The notes under the pieces were generated by a model. That model had not been told where the DNA came from. It worked only from the letters and a program-made list of their open reading frames with translations, and did not search any database. The position numbers and the translations under genes are program-made. Below are positions 24,673 to 38,052 of a stretch of 64,000 nucleotides of DNA, piece after piece. The DNA is from Octopus vulgaris (taxonomy: Eukaryota): assembly GCA_951406725.2 (NCBI GenBank), contig OX597817.1:102796001-102860000 (forward strand). The letters run 5' to 3'. Within the stretch, counting starts at the first letter, position 1; every line of letters starts with the position of its first letter.

Positions 24673-25136
24673 AAGAGCATAATTAAAATCACTGGTTGCT
24701 CTGTCAATATTCATTTTGCACAATCTCTCAGCCTCCTCAAGTCTCACAAGTCTTTCATCCAATTCTTGACGCTTCAAATCATGAAGATGGTTTGCTTCTT
24801 TCAGATTTTCTTGAGCCCTCCTCTTATCCTGAATTTGCTGGATTAACCACTCTCGCATCTGTTCTTTTTGAAACTGATTACGAGATGGATTGCTCAGATC
24901 TTCACCATCAAACTTCTGTAAACCAGATGATGTACATTTAGGATCATCATCAAACATTCGATTTGATAAGGTCTTCTTTAGTCTATCTGGGTCATTCAAG
25001 TCAAATTCTCGACGATGACCAGCTTGCTGATGCAACATACGATATTCATTGAGCTTCTTGTTCAGTTCCCGTATATCCTCATTCTGTCTCATTTCCAACA
25101 ACTGGCCAATTTTAGAATTCCTTACAGCATCTGAGT
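24673..25136 (-). CDS. RIBC2: RIB43A-like exon 3 (NSDAVRNSKIG...REFDLNDPD...SGLQKFDGEDL...DFNYAL)
   Basis: Acceptor ttctctttag, donor gtaatc; 464 nt; overlaps ORF 24613..25101. Confidence 0.93.
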
Positions 25137-25451
25137 CTAAAGAGAAAACATTGATAAAAAAATAATCTTAGATCAATAAAAGAAAACAACATTATATTAT
25201 CAACTTGGGAACAATATATAAATAATTAAGATTCTTAGTTGATACAACTTTTTTAAAAAAATCATTTAAACTAGGAAATATTTGGAGACATTTTGTCAAC
25301 TGTGAAATAAAAGCATCTAATTAACAACAAAATCACATTTTCATTAACAAATAAATATTTTTAAAAAAATAAGAATAATAATCTGGACTTTATATGACAG
25401 TTGAGTAGAGTCAATACAAAATTTAAGTTCAAGAAGAACAGAGTTACAAAC

Positions 25452-25533
25452 TAAATGCATCATCTCTTCGCCTATCATCTTCTTCTTGAGCCTTCTTCTC
25501 TAGAACCTGTTGATCAATGGCATCCACATCTAA
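25452..25533 (-). CDS. RIBC2: RIB43A-like exon 2 (LDVDAIDQQVLEKKAQEEDDRRRDDAF)
   Basis: Acceptor ttgttacag, donor gtttgt; 82 nt, ends in phase 1; too short for the ORF track. Confidence 0.88.
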
Positions 25534-25629
25534 CTGTAACAATATAAGAGAAACAATATAAAGTGTAAGGCTTAAAAAAATGAAATAAAAATACACAAGA
25601 ACAATTAAACTTTAAGAATGAATTTGTAG

Positions 25630-25630
<1 letters not shown>

Positions 25631-25660
<30 letters not shown>

Positions 25661-26468
25661 ATTTGGCTCAAAAGCAAATAGCAAGGCCATGTAGGGGGAC
25701 ATGGAGTTAAGTACAGGGTGGTGTTCATGTAAAGAGTTCAGGCCACTTGAGGTCCAGGGAGGCTTTGAACAAAGCGGTCGTCGGCATCTTCACCATCTCG
25801 TCTGGCAGCTTGTTCCACGGATCCGCAACCCGGACGGAGAAAGCTCCTCTCCTTCGATTGAGATGAAATCGTCGCAGGTAGAGCTTTTCGGAATGACCCC
25901 GCAGCCGACGCTCCGGAGCAGGAGTGAAGAACAGCTCTTTCGAGAGGTTACACTTCCCGCTTATGATGTTGTGGGCGAGAATGAGATCACCACGGCGGCG
26001 GCGTTTTTCAAGAGAATAAAGGTCGAGCGTCCTCAGCCTTTCTTCGTAGGACAAATTTTTGAGACCATGAACCATGCGGGTAGCCAGCCTCTGGACTCTT
26101 TCGAGGTGCTGTATGTCTTTGAGGAGATAAGGAGAAGAGGCTTGAATCCCATACTCCAATATGGGTCTCACCAGCGTGACATAGAGTGGCAGGAATATGG
26201 CTGCTGTGAGCATTCCGAATGACCGTCAAATCAAAAACAGAATTCCGCGCGCTTTGTTGGCAGCATGGACGCACTGGGCCGAAGGCGAAAAGGAGGAATC
26301 CACCAAGATACCCAGGTCCTTTACCTGATCGGTCCTCTCCAGCAGCAGACGACCCGGCTCGAAATCAAGTTGAGTTGCAGGAGTAGAGCCGACAGGCAGA
26401 TGACAGCACTTTGACACGTTCAGACACAGGTCCCAATCATTAGACCACTTCCAAATTTGGTGGAGGCA
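25631..26468 (-). mobile_element. Young 5'-truncated CR1-type LINE with (CTAA)n tail
   Basis: VKDLGI, LYVTLVRPILEY, LERVQRLATRM, LSYEERL, RRRRGDL, RGH, FSVRV..WNKLP; one internal TGA; CpG-rich. Confidence 0.92.
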
Positions 26469-27644
26469 AATTAGATGAAAGGTATGGCTTATTAAACATT
26501 ATTGACCCTGCTCCATGTTTTATAACAAATGAAAATAAATGAAAGACAATTCTCCTTGAATATAATTAAAGACATTTTGTTTTATTAATTCATTGATTTT
26601 CTGTCAAATACACAAGGACAGATCTCACCATTGTTCACACATTGCATCTCAATTTTTAGTAATTGTGATCAAAGTTTGTGTTAACTTCATCAAATTAAGA
26701 AAAAAGTTTGCAAAAGCAGTTTTCGAAATTAAATCTCTATTCATTGTCAAAATACTTTTAAAAACAATAATTCTTGTTATAATTAGATTATGTTAACTCA
26801 GCACCTCTTTAGAGAACATTGTTCAGATGCCAGTAAATTTAATATGGATTTAAATATTAATTTTGATACATAAAATATCCATAACAATGTGCTTTTGATT
26901 TTCTACAGAAGACTTTATTTTTCTATTGCAGGTTAATGGCAACATTACACTACAGTACTTGCACATTGATTTATACAGAAAAAAAAAACTTATATAATTT
27001 CTAGACAAAGTTACCAACTCTACAAATATTTCCATATTTTAGTAGAATACAAAATATTTCTTTCTTAGTGCTGTATTTCTGCTACTCACTGCTGGCAATG
27101 TGTTACTACCAAATACTATCTTGCTTATAGGAAATAAAACTAAAATTATTACTGTACAAATTCTATTCATTCACTTGTTCCTTTCTTTCATTTTCAGATT
27201 ATACAATCTGAACACCCAGTTAAAGCACAAGAAATATATAAAGATGAGCAAGTTTATAAATGATTGTTATCATAATTTTTTTCCTACTATAGACACAGGC
27301 CTGCAATTTTGAGGGTCAGGACTAATAGATTACATCAACCCCAGTGATCAAATGGTACTTATTTTATCAAAATCAGAAGGATGAGAAATGGTATTAGAAC
27401 TCAGAATGTAAGCCAGAATAAATTCTACTATGCATTTTGTCTGGCATGCAAATGATTCTACCAGTTCACCACCTTTTAATGAACTTTATCATATTTTAAA
27501 GACTACCGAGTCTAAATTACCACCTTCAATTATCTTTATCAGAATTCAACAAAAACAATGAATGAGTAATATATTTCAGTGTAAAAGAGTTAAATTTATT
27601 TGAAATAAACTCTATTTTCCAAGATCTATGTGAGGTGATACAAT

Positions 27645-28655
27645 TCTATATTTAAGAGACGAGGAATTATTTACATTTGACGGATATTTGTCCTCATCTT
27701 GTTTGTTGTTAACACAACATTTCAGCTGATACACCCTCCAGGTGTCTTGGGGAAATTTCAAACCTGGGTTCTCATTCCTAAGGTATTTTTCGATGTTATT
27801 ATTATTACTATTATTCAGATGACTGCTTGGAATCAAACTTGGAATCTTGGGATTAGTAGCCCATGCTCTTAACCACCATGCCATATGCCCATGGACAATT
27901 ATGGAGTGAATTTTAGAGTTTATAAATCTAATATTTTCCTATCATTCCTTAATACCGGTTCCCATATTCTACTCACATCTGCACTTGGTCTGCTTAGGAG
28001 GTTTTGTATCCTAGCATATATGCTGCTTCTTTTAGTTTTTGTATTTTACAGTGGTGTTCTCTGTCTATTATTTTAACTTCATCCTACAGGGGGAGGTGGT
28101 CTCCATTTTTCCATACATGTACAGCTATACCCAATTTATCAATATCTCCTCGTGTCACAGCTTTTGTATCTTTTCAGAGAGGCCTTTCACAGAGGGTAGA
28201 CAGACTGTGGACAGTTTATTGGTTTCATCCTCTCCTTTCTTCATAATTGGAGTGGATAGTATACTTTTGGGGTAGCTGTTGCTTAACAGGTCGTTGTTGA
28301 GCTTGATCATTTCTTCGTGGTGTGTATCACGATCGCTACTTATATTCTTTACACAATGTTTTAGGCACTGAACAATCCCTCTCTTTACACTGTATGGATG
28401 GTGGGAATTGAAGTTGAGGTATCGTCCAGTGAAGGTTGGCTTGCAGGATATATATGTCCTGAATCCATACTTGGTGTGTGTTATTAATACATCCAGGAAT
28501 GCTAGCTGATTGTCTTTTTCCTTTTCCATTGTGAACCGTATGGATGGCTTTATTGAGTTCACATGATCTAACAGCACTTGGATATCTTCCTGGTGGGGCC
28601 AGAGTATAAAGGTGCCATCAATGTATCACAGCCATAGGATTGGTTTTAGTGGAGA
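27645..28655 (-). mobile_element. Penelope-like element copy 1 (5'-truncated, internal deletion)
   Basis: NSIKPSIRFTMEKEKDNQLAFLDV..KPTFTGRYLNFNSHHP; GIY-YIG C-terminal remnant; 3' region with a tRNA-like segment. Confidence 0.88.
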
Positions 28656-29139
28656 ATTTGAGCTTTAGGATCAACACCACTTATATATCCTCTTATATTT
28701 TTGTGCAAAAGAATAATAAAATGGACAACTTTTTTTCTTTGAATAATCAAGATTCTCTTTATGACCAAAAAATGTTTAGAGTATTCTTTTGAATTAATTT
28801 TTCATATTTATAAAATACTTCGGTATTTTCAATGGAATTCAACTTTTTCTGTTTCAGTGGAGCATATATTCTCCACAGAATCTTCAGAAGATTCTTACCT
28901 TAAAACTCTATGTGCAATAATAAAATCATCTGTTAATTCTTCATGGGTGTTCAACAACTCAACCAGTCATCAACACTACCAACCTATGACATTGGTGCCC
29001 TTTGACACAAGCTGTGTTAATGTAATTCCAGAATGGAGTTGATCTTGAACTTCTCCAAGTTTGAGATAACGGCCAGTATTTTATTTTTTCATATCCTTTC
29101 ATTTGTATGATTTCAATTAATTTATGTTCCAAAAAAAAA

Positions 29140-32100
29140 ATGGCTACTTCACCTGTTCCATCTGTTTCTTCTGAAAATAGTGATAGTTTGATTATTCAGG
29201 CTGCCTTGTCCCTCACTTCACCTCCATATAGTGGAGATCCTGCCATTTAGTTTTCTCAGCTCAAAACCAATTTTGCAGTGCACAAAATGTTTTCAGATAT
29301 GCACCTATTTCATCTTTTAGTCAGTGTTTTGACTCCTGCCTTGAGCAGTGAAGTCAAAAATTTGACTACCAACCATTCCGACTCCACAATGGAATCAGAA
29401 ATTTTGAGATGTACTTCTACGCCCAAATGGAAGTGGTTTCACCAACTCCTTCACAAAGAAGTTTTAGGAGATAAGAAGCCTTCTTAACTGATGATAAGAA
29501 TATGAGAAGTAGTGGAGGATAATTCATTCAAAGCGTCAATATTGTAACCACTCTTTTTCTTGTGCCTCCCTTCAAATGTGCAAGCCATTGGCTTGCTACC
29601 CAATTGGCTGACTTGACAGATGATATGAATAATTCCTTTCCAAATACTGGTAATGTAGGAGCTAATTCTCCCACTTTCATTCTATTTCCTCTGAGTTGGC
29701 ATTATTTCTTAAAACAACTGAAGATACAATTCAGGCTTTAACAGTTTCAATTCTCTAAATATTCTACATGTTCAAATTCTTGTGGCTTGAGGAATTAAAG
29801 AAGGCCTATGTTGTTTTATTGGTATCATAACCATTTTGATGTTAATGCATGCAATTATATTCAACTGTGTACTTTTAAGTCATCTACTCAACTGTGGGAA
29901 AACAGTGTTGCCAGGAATTAGACACAACTACATCCCAGGGCAGACTCCACTTCATATAGTTCCAATAAAGTCTGAGAGAGAATGGCGTCCATGTTGAGAC
30001 TACAGATGTTTGAATGGTTCAACTGTTCCAGATATGTACCCAACTGCATATATTCGTGATTTCTCAACTTCTTTACATGGTTGTACTGCTTTTGCAAAAA
30101 TCAATTTGGTACACACCTATAATCAGATTTGTATAGAATCTGCTGAAGTTTCTAAAACAACCATAACTACGCTTTTCAAACATATTAATTTTCTTAAAAT
30201 GCCTTTTGGTTTTTGGAATGCGGCTAATACATTCCAAAGATTTATCAACAGAGCCACTCATGGTTTAATCTTTGTTTTTTGCCTATATCAACAACTTGTT
30301 GATTGTTAGCACTATGGAAGAGCAGTATGAACAGTACTTAGAACAACTTTTAACTAGCTTGTCACACTTTGGTGTAGTAATTAATCCCAGTAAATTTTTT
30401 GGTGTTTCTTCTTTTACATTTTTGGGACATATTATTAATAAAAACGTAATTTATCCATTAACCCTTTCGTTACCAACCCGGCTGAAACCGGCTCTGGCTC
30501 TTTAGTACAAATGTCTTGTTTTCATAAGTTTTGAATTAAAATCTTCCACCAATCCTTAGTCACAATTTATGTTCCTAATACTAGCTGAATGATAACTAAG
30601 TTATTTTACTAAATTCTTTGTTATATTTAAAGTAATTGAAAGAAACACAGAGCATCTCAAAATAAATAGAGTAACAAAAGGGTTAAAGGAAAAAGTTGAT
30701 GCCATTACAAATATCCCTGTTCCTGCATCACTAAGGAAGTTGCAAGAATTAATAGACCATTTATTCAAGACTGTTTGGAAGCCATATTTCCACCAACAGA
30801 GTTGTTACATAATTATAAAAAAAAAAAGTTATTTCTCTAAATGTGACAGAATTGCATTCTTTAAATAATATCAAAGAAAAGTTAACTAAAGTTATACTAT
30901 TAACCCATCCAGTACCAGATATTCCTCTGTCAATGATAGTAGATGCATCTGACATTGGAATCAATGGGATACTGCAAGAATTTGTTTAAGATGCTAGGCA
31001 AACTCTTTCCTTTATTTTTCCAAGCACTTCAAACCAGCAGAAATGAGGTACTGCACTTTTGGAAAAGAATTATTAGCTGCTTACTTATCTGTGAAGCATT
31101 TTCAATATTTCTTACAAGGAAGAAATCTTACCATATAGACAAATCATAAACTGTTGATGTATGTATTCTAAGACTGATAAATATTCTCCAAAAGACATCA
31201 AACATCTTGATTACATTTCACAGTTTATTGAGGATATTCATTATATCAACAGTGCTGATAATTCTGAAGCATTCCACCAATACTATTGACTTGGAAAAGA
31301 CTGGATCAAAAGAACAATGAAGAGTTGTTACAACTCCGGACATTAGTCATCATCTCTAGATTTTTGTCTATTACCACAGCTGTCTAGTGATTCACTTATA
31401 TGGTATGATGTTTCTACGGGATTTTCTAGACTGTACATCCCAGAGGATCATTGATAAACTCGCCACTCTCCATAGTTTATCTCATCTGAGCGTTTCGGCA
31501 ACGACAAAATTAATTTCAAAGCATTTTGTTTGGCCTACCATGCGAAAGTACATCTGTAAATGGGCATGCCATTGTATATCCTGCCAAAGAACCAAGATTT
31601 AGTGGCACATCAAAACACCGTTAGGCACCTTTACTATACCTGATGTTCATTTCAAGTATATTCATGCAAATATTGAGGCTCCTCTTGCACCAGTTCAGGA
31701 TAAAATATATTTCTGACCTGTATAGACTGTTTTTCCAGATGGCCTGAAGCCATACCAATTAAGGACACTTCATCTCTTACAAGTTAAAAAGGCCCTAATG
31801 GCTAAATGGATTTCATGTTTTGGGACACTTTTAACAATAATAACTATCAGAGGTCATCAATTTGGATCCAGTCTATTTGCCTACCTATTGAACCTGCTGG
31901 GAATACATCAAATTCATACAAAAGTTCATCACTCCATTTCTAACGGAATGATAGAATGATTTTATCAACAGCTTAAAGCAGCTTTACAAGCACATTCTGG
32001 TTTAGATAGTTGGTTAGAAGCCCTGCCAATTGTGTTACTAGGTTTACATAACATTGTTAAGGAAGACCTAGGTTACTCCTCAGCAGAATTATAGTATGCT

Positions 32101-32990
32101 TCGCCACTTACATTGCCTGATCAAATGATATTGGCTACAACAACTCAACATGATCCTACCAATTATATTCATCAGCTCAAAATTACATGGTGGAATTACC
32201 TCCATTGATAATAAGATAATTAAAAGTTTTGTTCTACCCAATATCAATACCTGGACTCAAATATTTGTACACACATGCAGTTAAGCATCCCCTGTAGACA
32301 GTTTAATCCAGCCCATACCATGTGTTAAAAGCTAAACCAAAGTATAAGGTTTTGGAAATTCAGGGGAGACAGGAGACTAACAGTGTTGATTCACATAAGC
32401 AGGATTTCATCAAGTCTGTTCCCCTACCACAATATTCCTCTTCCTCTTCTGCTACACTCAAACAATCTACATATAAACATGATGCATTATTTAACAACAG
32501 TGCATTTCATATTGTGATAACCAAAAGTGGAAGAAAAGTACATTGGCCAGCTAGATACACTCACGTATATCTGTATTATTACAAAAACATACACACACTC
32601 ACACAAATGTTTTCTTTTCATAGTATCCATGGAAAAAGAAAAAGAACTGCTGATTTTTGCATTTTCTATGAACTGTTTTCATTGTTGCATGGACATTTTT
32701 TCAAAAAAATTTCAGTATTTAATGGATATTTTTCCCTTTTTCTTTTCATACTTGTGTTGGTCTTTCTTTTTTTATGTAAATTCTTTTTTGACTGTTTCAT
32801 TCTAACATATCATGCAAAGAACTGGGAAGGGACTACTTGCAGCAGTGATTTGAAACCAAGTTGTTAAGTAGCCAGTCAGACATCACAATCAAACTATAGT
32901 AGTTTCACATGATTGGTCTGTTATGCATCCATTCAGCATCAAGTCACCAGATGATTCAGTCTTCTAGAATTTTCTTGTGCTCTTAAAAAT
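29140..32990 (+). mobile_element. Heavily decayed Ty3/Gypsy LTR retrotransposon
   Basis: gag (PPYSGDP, LGDKKPS); RT (WRPC*DYRCLN, MPFGFWNAANTFQRFI, AYINNLLI); RNase H (VDASD); integrase HHCC (HSLSH..WP..CISCQ); TKSGRKVHWPARY; purine tract at about 32824-32832. Confidence 0.9.
30462..30682 (+). mobile_element. piggyBac-type MITE (221 bp) inserted in the Gypsy RT
   Basis: TTAA duplications at 30458-61 and 30683-86; CCCTTTCGTTAC / GTAACAAAAGGG TIRs; removing it restores YPLKEKVDAITNIPVP. Confidence 0.92.
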
Positions 32991-33059
32991 ATGGTTTTTG
33001 GTGGTAATAGCAGAATACTGAGGTAGCCATACCTTGTGTCTCCATTCTCACCACATCTA

Positions 33060-33400
33060 CATGGTTAAGACAGAAGGCTGATAGTAGACAAGAATTTTTG
33101 TCACCACAAATATAGTGCAATTATTTTCCAGTTGTGATGGGCCAGTTACAGATTGCTGTATCAGTAAGTTTGTCATAAACTCCAAGCAGTATGTCTTTCT
33201 CTTTGGAAAGGACAAAAGAAGAAAAGCAATAGCACATTGTCTTTGTGATAATATTGCAACTAGGGAAATTGTCTGATGCATCAGTCTCAACTGCTAGCAG
33301 GATAGCATCAAAGCAAGCATTTTTGAAGTTGATTTTAATATTTTTGAAAGCATTTTCTCCATTCTTGAGGAACAGCACAAGAGTTTCATTTAATTAAAAG
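33060..33400 (-). mobile_element. Fragment of a second LTR-retrotransposon RNase H region
   Basis: ENAFKNIK...LAVETDASD motif, heavily deleted. Confidence 0.5.
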
Positions 33401-33429
33401 TCTTAATTCATCATATTTCTTCTCTATTT

Positions 33430-35281
33430 ATCATCATCATTGTTTAACATCCGTTTTCCATGCTGGCATGGGCTGGATGGTTTGACTGGGGACTGGAAAG
33501 CCAGGAGGCTGCATCAGGCTCCAATCTGATCTGGCAATGTTTCTACAGCTGGATGCCCTTCTTAATACGAACCACTCCGAGAGTGTAGTGGGTGCTTTTT
33601 ATGTGCCACCAGTACAGGAACCAATCAGGTGGAACTGGCAATTGCTATGTTCAGATGGTGCTTTTTACATGCTACCAGCAGAGGAATTGGTTGGGGTAGG
33701 GTTAGGGGTGTGGCTGGCATCAACCACGTTCGGATGGTGTTTTTAGGGAACCAGTCAGGTGGCACTGGGAATGACCCACGCATGCACAGTGCTTATTGCG
33801 TGCCACCAGCACAGGAGCCAGTCAGACGGCACTGGCATCGGCCACAACTACAATTTCCATTTGATTTTGATTTTACTTGACTCAAGTCTCCTCAAGCATG
33901 GCATATCAACCAGCAAGTCAAAGGTACTTTTTAAATAGGCTGGTTATGTGACACTGGGGTAGGATACTGCTGTGATCTCATTTTACTTACTGGGTCTTCT
34001 CAATCACAGCATATTTCCAGAGGTCTTGGTTTTTTGTCATTGCCTCTGTGAGGCCCAATGTTCGAAGGTCATGCTTCACCACCTCATCTCATGTCTTCCT
34101 GGGTCTCCCTCTTCCACGGGTTCCTTCTACTGTAGGGAATAACACTTCACACAGCTCTGCTCATCCATATGCAGCACATGACCATACCAGCTCAGTTGTT
34201 TCTCTTGCACACCACATCTGATGCTTATTATGTCCAACATTTCTCTCAGGGTGCTTACACTTTGTTGTGTGTGCACACTGACATTACACATCCAGCAGAT
34301 CATACTAGCTTCATTTCTTTCAATCCTATGCATGTCTTCAGCAGTTACAGCTTGTGTTTCACTGCCCTGAAGCATGGCAGTTCACACACATGCATCATGC
34401 AATCTACCTTTCACTGTGAGTGAGAAGCCCTTTGTCACCAGTAGAGGTAAAAGCTTTCTGAACTTTGCCCAGTAATTCTTATTCTAGTGGCAATGCTCTC
34501 CGAGCATCCACCCCCCACTACAGACTTGGTCACCTAGGTAGCGGAAGCTATCAACTACTTCTAGTTTCTCCCCCTGACATGTGATCGAATCAGTTTTCTG
34601 AGCCTCTGCGGTGTTTATTGCCCCTGTTCATCTACCACACACAAAAGCTCTCTTCCTGGTTAACCTTCCTTTGATGTTGCTGCACCTCTCATGCATCCAT
34701 AGCTTACACTGGATACATCTTATGGAGTTTCTACCAACACCTTTTCTACAGATCAAGCAGGACCATCTACTTGAAGGGGTTTGTGATGTGTTCACCTTCC
34801 TACTTACTATGACTTTGATTTTTCTAGATTGACTCTAAGGCCCTTCAATTCTAAACCTTGCTTCCGCACCTGAAATTTCTTCTCTAGTTCTGGTAGTGAT
34901 TCCGCTATGAGAGTAAGGTCATCAGTATAGAGGAGCTCCCAGGGGCTGAACCCCCACTTCTATCCGGAATTCTTCATTATACTCATTGCCAACCTTTGCC
35001 TTACTAACAGCATCCCTGTACAGCTCTTATTAACCACTTTTCAATCCCCAGTTTCTGCATCGCCCACCAGATTAGGGATCAGGGTCACCCTGTCAAAGGC
35101 TTTCTCTAAGTCAACAAAAGCCAAGTATAAGGGTTTATCTTTGGCTAGGTATTTCTCCTGCAGTTGCTGTACCAGGAATATAGCATCAGTGGTGCTTCTA
35201 CCTGACACAAAACCGAACTGCATCTCATTTAAGCAGACTCTCTCCCTCATTAGTTGGGCTATGATCCTCTTCATGACCTGT
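33430..35281 (-). mobile_element. RTE-clade LINE, 5'-truncated, with (GAT)n tail
   Basis: QFGFVSGRSTTDAIF..QEKYL..AFVDLEKAFD, LLYTDDL, FRYLGD, GSET, LSWYGHV, GRPRKT; repetitive 3' UTR. Confidence 0.92.
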
Positions 35282-37310
35282 AAAAAAAACAAAAAAACTA
35301 GTACTTCTTAGAAGGAGCAACAATAAGGCATTTAAGAGGATCAAATCTTATTTTGTCTTGAAAGCAATAACCAAAAAAATGATATTTGTGTTACCAAAAA
35401 AAACACTTTTTAAAAAAAATACAAAGCTATACTGAGATCTTCAACGCATGATAGAAATGCCATTTAAATTCTGTCATGATCTTCTATAGAGTCATTACTG
35501 CATGCAATGCTGTCATCTAAATATATCAGGTAGAGTCAGTATTATTTATAGACATAATTTGGTCCAATGTAATACTAATTTACTGAATTAAGGCATCAGC
35601 AATTAAATAATTTTGTTCATCAGTTGTTAGAACATGCCACAGTATATGTAAGGCAGTCTTGTATACTGAGATTGAGAATTTGTAGTGGACTAAGTCTGAG
35701 AAAAGACCTGTGAATAGATTACATCATGGCATGATAACTGATGCATTGAGAACAATGATAAAAACTTTGCATAGTTTGAGGGAATAGTTAAAATTTTTGT
35801 GTGAATCAAAGATCACTTCAAATTTAACTAACTGCTCTGACATAAGAAATGGTGGATCTTGTTAAATTTCTTCCAACCACTTTTATTCACTTGATTGTTT
35901 TCAAGTTTTCTACACTGGCTTACTTTTACATGCTGATAACCTGGCAGGAATCATTTCTTTCACCCAGCAATATAAAAACAAAATGAAACTAAGAGCAAGA
36001 GTGACCCCTTCCAAACATGTACTTTTTCTCATGGACACAATGATAAAATGGAGTTGCCATGTCAGTAGATGGTTGCAACTTCTGCTATGTTGACAATGGA
36101 GGTAGTTGATTGATCAAAATTACATAGCTTTAAATGCTTGTAACTTTTATATTATTAATTTCTAAAAAAAATTTTTTTTAATTAAAAAAACATGATTGCT
36201 TTTTTCGTCATCAGCAAGCAAAATTGCATTAGAATTGCATTTTTGCTTTTAAAGTATTTTTAGATGAAAATTTGAAATACTTCGAGTGAAAGAAATTTAA
36301 CAAAATTCGAAATGCTTAACAGAGTTTGCAAAACAGTAAAACAATCTAATCGAGCGACTTGCTAGGGAGAGCTCGGGTTGTAATACAACAACAATGGTTT
36401 CAAATTTTAACACAAGACCAACAAGTTCAGTGGGTGGGGTAAACCGATTATATCGACCTCCAGTACCCAACTGGTTCTTATTTTATCGAATGAAAGGCAA
36501 AGTCGACCTCGGCGGAATATGAACTCAGATTGTGTCCCTGCTCATTCATTTCTCAACTGCTACAAGCATTCATACTTTTGATGTTTTTCAATTGTCTTGA
36601 GGCTTAAAAAGCAGTGTAAGAACGGTCTTTTAATGGCTTGTGAGGTTTGCTTCATACCGCCCTTGCTAGAATATAAGGATACACGTTGCAACATAAGTAC
36701 AGTCACGCCAGTGACAGGCATTGGAAAGCATCGACAATGTATGAATGCTGGCAGGGCTGAGAATCAATAAGAATGCTTTTTTTTTTCGAGGGAGGCGGTC
36801 TGCATCTTGAGTTCTCCAATAACGAGTCACTCGCTTCTATGGTGCCTTCCCTGATTAGGTAGTTTACATTATTGTCTTGTGAAAATGTAATCTCTGAAAA
36901 CTATTTCTTATGTCAAAGCAGCATTTTACTTATACGCAATAGTTAAATTTTCAACCATCAGCAGATGTAATTTTTAATGGACACGGAAACAAGAAAATGA
37001 AATATATAACCTTATAACAGCTGTTTCTGTCAATTTACGTACAATTTTTTTTAACAGAAACATTGTCCTAAACGCGCCGGTTTATCACGTCGTGACGTGA
37101 TGTGTTCACAGGTACTTTCAAAAACTTAGGCTATAGCGAGCTTTATATCTTTTTATAATTGAGATTTAAACAAAAGTTGCTTTTTACTATCAAATAAGTT
37201 ACAGGCTATCATAAAAAGGCGGTTTGAGTTTGTGAGATAAAATTGGGAATGTTGGTCAAATTACAGAAGTTATAATACAGCTATTTAAAATATTTTGTTT
37301 TTGTTAGTTC

Positions 37311-37324
37311 ATTGTCATGGTAAC
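37311..37324. promoter_or_regulatory. X-box-like site in RIB43A intron 1 (ATTGTCATGGTAAC)
   Basis: Fits the RTHNYYWTRRNRAC X-box consensus; about 210 bp into intron 1. Confidence 0.45.
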
Positions 37325-37533
37325 GTAAAAGGTTTAATTTCCGTGAAAAAGGATGAAATGGGAATAAATATTATTTAAAAAAAGATAATAATGACAAAAA
37401 TAGTGAAGAGTGGTCAAAACCACATATATTTAGAAATTCCTTCATAATTGGTAGTTTTAACAACAAAAACACGGAGGCTTCGATGAAAGCTAAATAAAAT
37501 ACAAATCGTGTCGGTTTGATCGACTTTACTTAC

Positions 37534-37650
37534 TCCGATTGTTCGTACTTTAGCATTAAAGATACGGCATTGCCTTTGTTTTTCCTGGTCGCGGCGACGT
37601 TCAATCGCCGCAGCTTCTTTATAATCAAATGGTAAATCGAGTTTTTGCAT
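37534..37650 (-). CDS. RIBC2: RIB43A-like exon 1 (MQKLDLPFDY...KVRTIG)
   Basis: ATG at 37650; donor GTAAGT starts at 37533; 39 codons, phase 0. Confidence 0.93.
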
Positions 37651-38052
37651 GTTTAATATCTTAAGAGAGACACAAAAGAAATTACAGCTTTATCACTTCT
37701 ATGAGAAAGGTTAATACATCAATGATGTTGCTAAGCAACGATAATATATCTTCGACCGCGTGAATAATTTTCCGATTCTGATTAGCTAATAATAATTTTA
37801 AATTAAATTTGGTTAAAAACAAAAAATTACTTAATATTATATTATATTTATTTTTATAATATTTTAATAATGCAATAATAACTGATTTATTTGAAGTTTT
37901 ATTTATTGACTAATGAAAATGTTTAGTGCTTAACTAATGTTCGCGGTAAAATTTTCAACTATAATGGCTGCGTGAGAGAGATGTAATTTTTTAGTGACTT
38001 TCTCTAAACATCATTGGAGTAAAAAAAAAGAAGTTTTAGCAGGTTATTCAAA
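37651..38052. promoter_or_regulatory. Shared bidirectional promoter and 5' UTRs of RIB43A-like and SMC1
   Basis: 402 bp between divergent ATGs; very AT-rich core at about 37790-37930; lies in a CpG-retaining zone. Confidence 0.85.
37727..37739. promoter_or_regulatory. RFX X-box (GTTGCTAAGCAAC)
   Basis: Perfect palindrome GTTGCT-A-AGCAAC, 77-89 bp upstream of the ciliary gene ATG. Confidence 0.7.

Noticed and set aside
25701-26222. 173-aa plus-strand ORF
   Set aside because: Antisense shadow of the CR1 reverse-transcriptase ORF.
32322-32867. 181-aa ORF with a hydrophobic tail
   Set aside because: Read-through of the Gypsy integrase C-terminus into T-rich 3' UTR sequence.
5723-35281. Apparent sense-strand bias of LINE/PLE insertions in RIB43A introns
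   Set aside because: Too few elements, and Tx1 and Gypsy are antisense; cannot be distinguished from chance.
37012-37062. GAAACAGCTGTT on the minus strand within a small hairpin
   Set aside because: No CTGANGA core and no stem I; insufficient for a hammerhead call.
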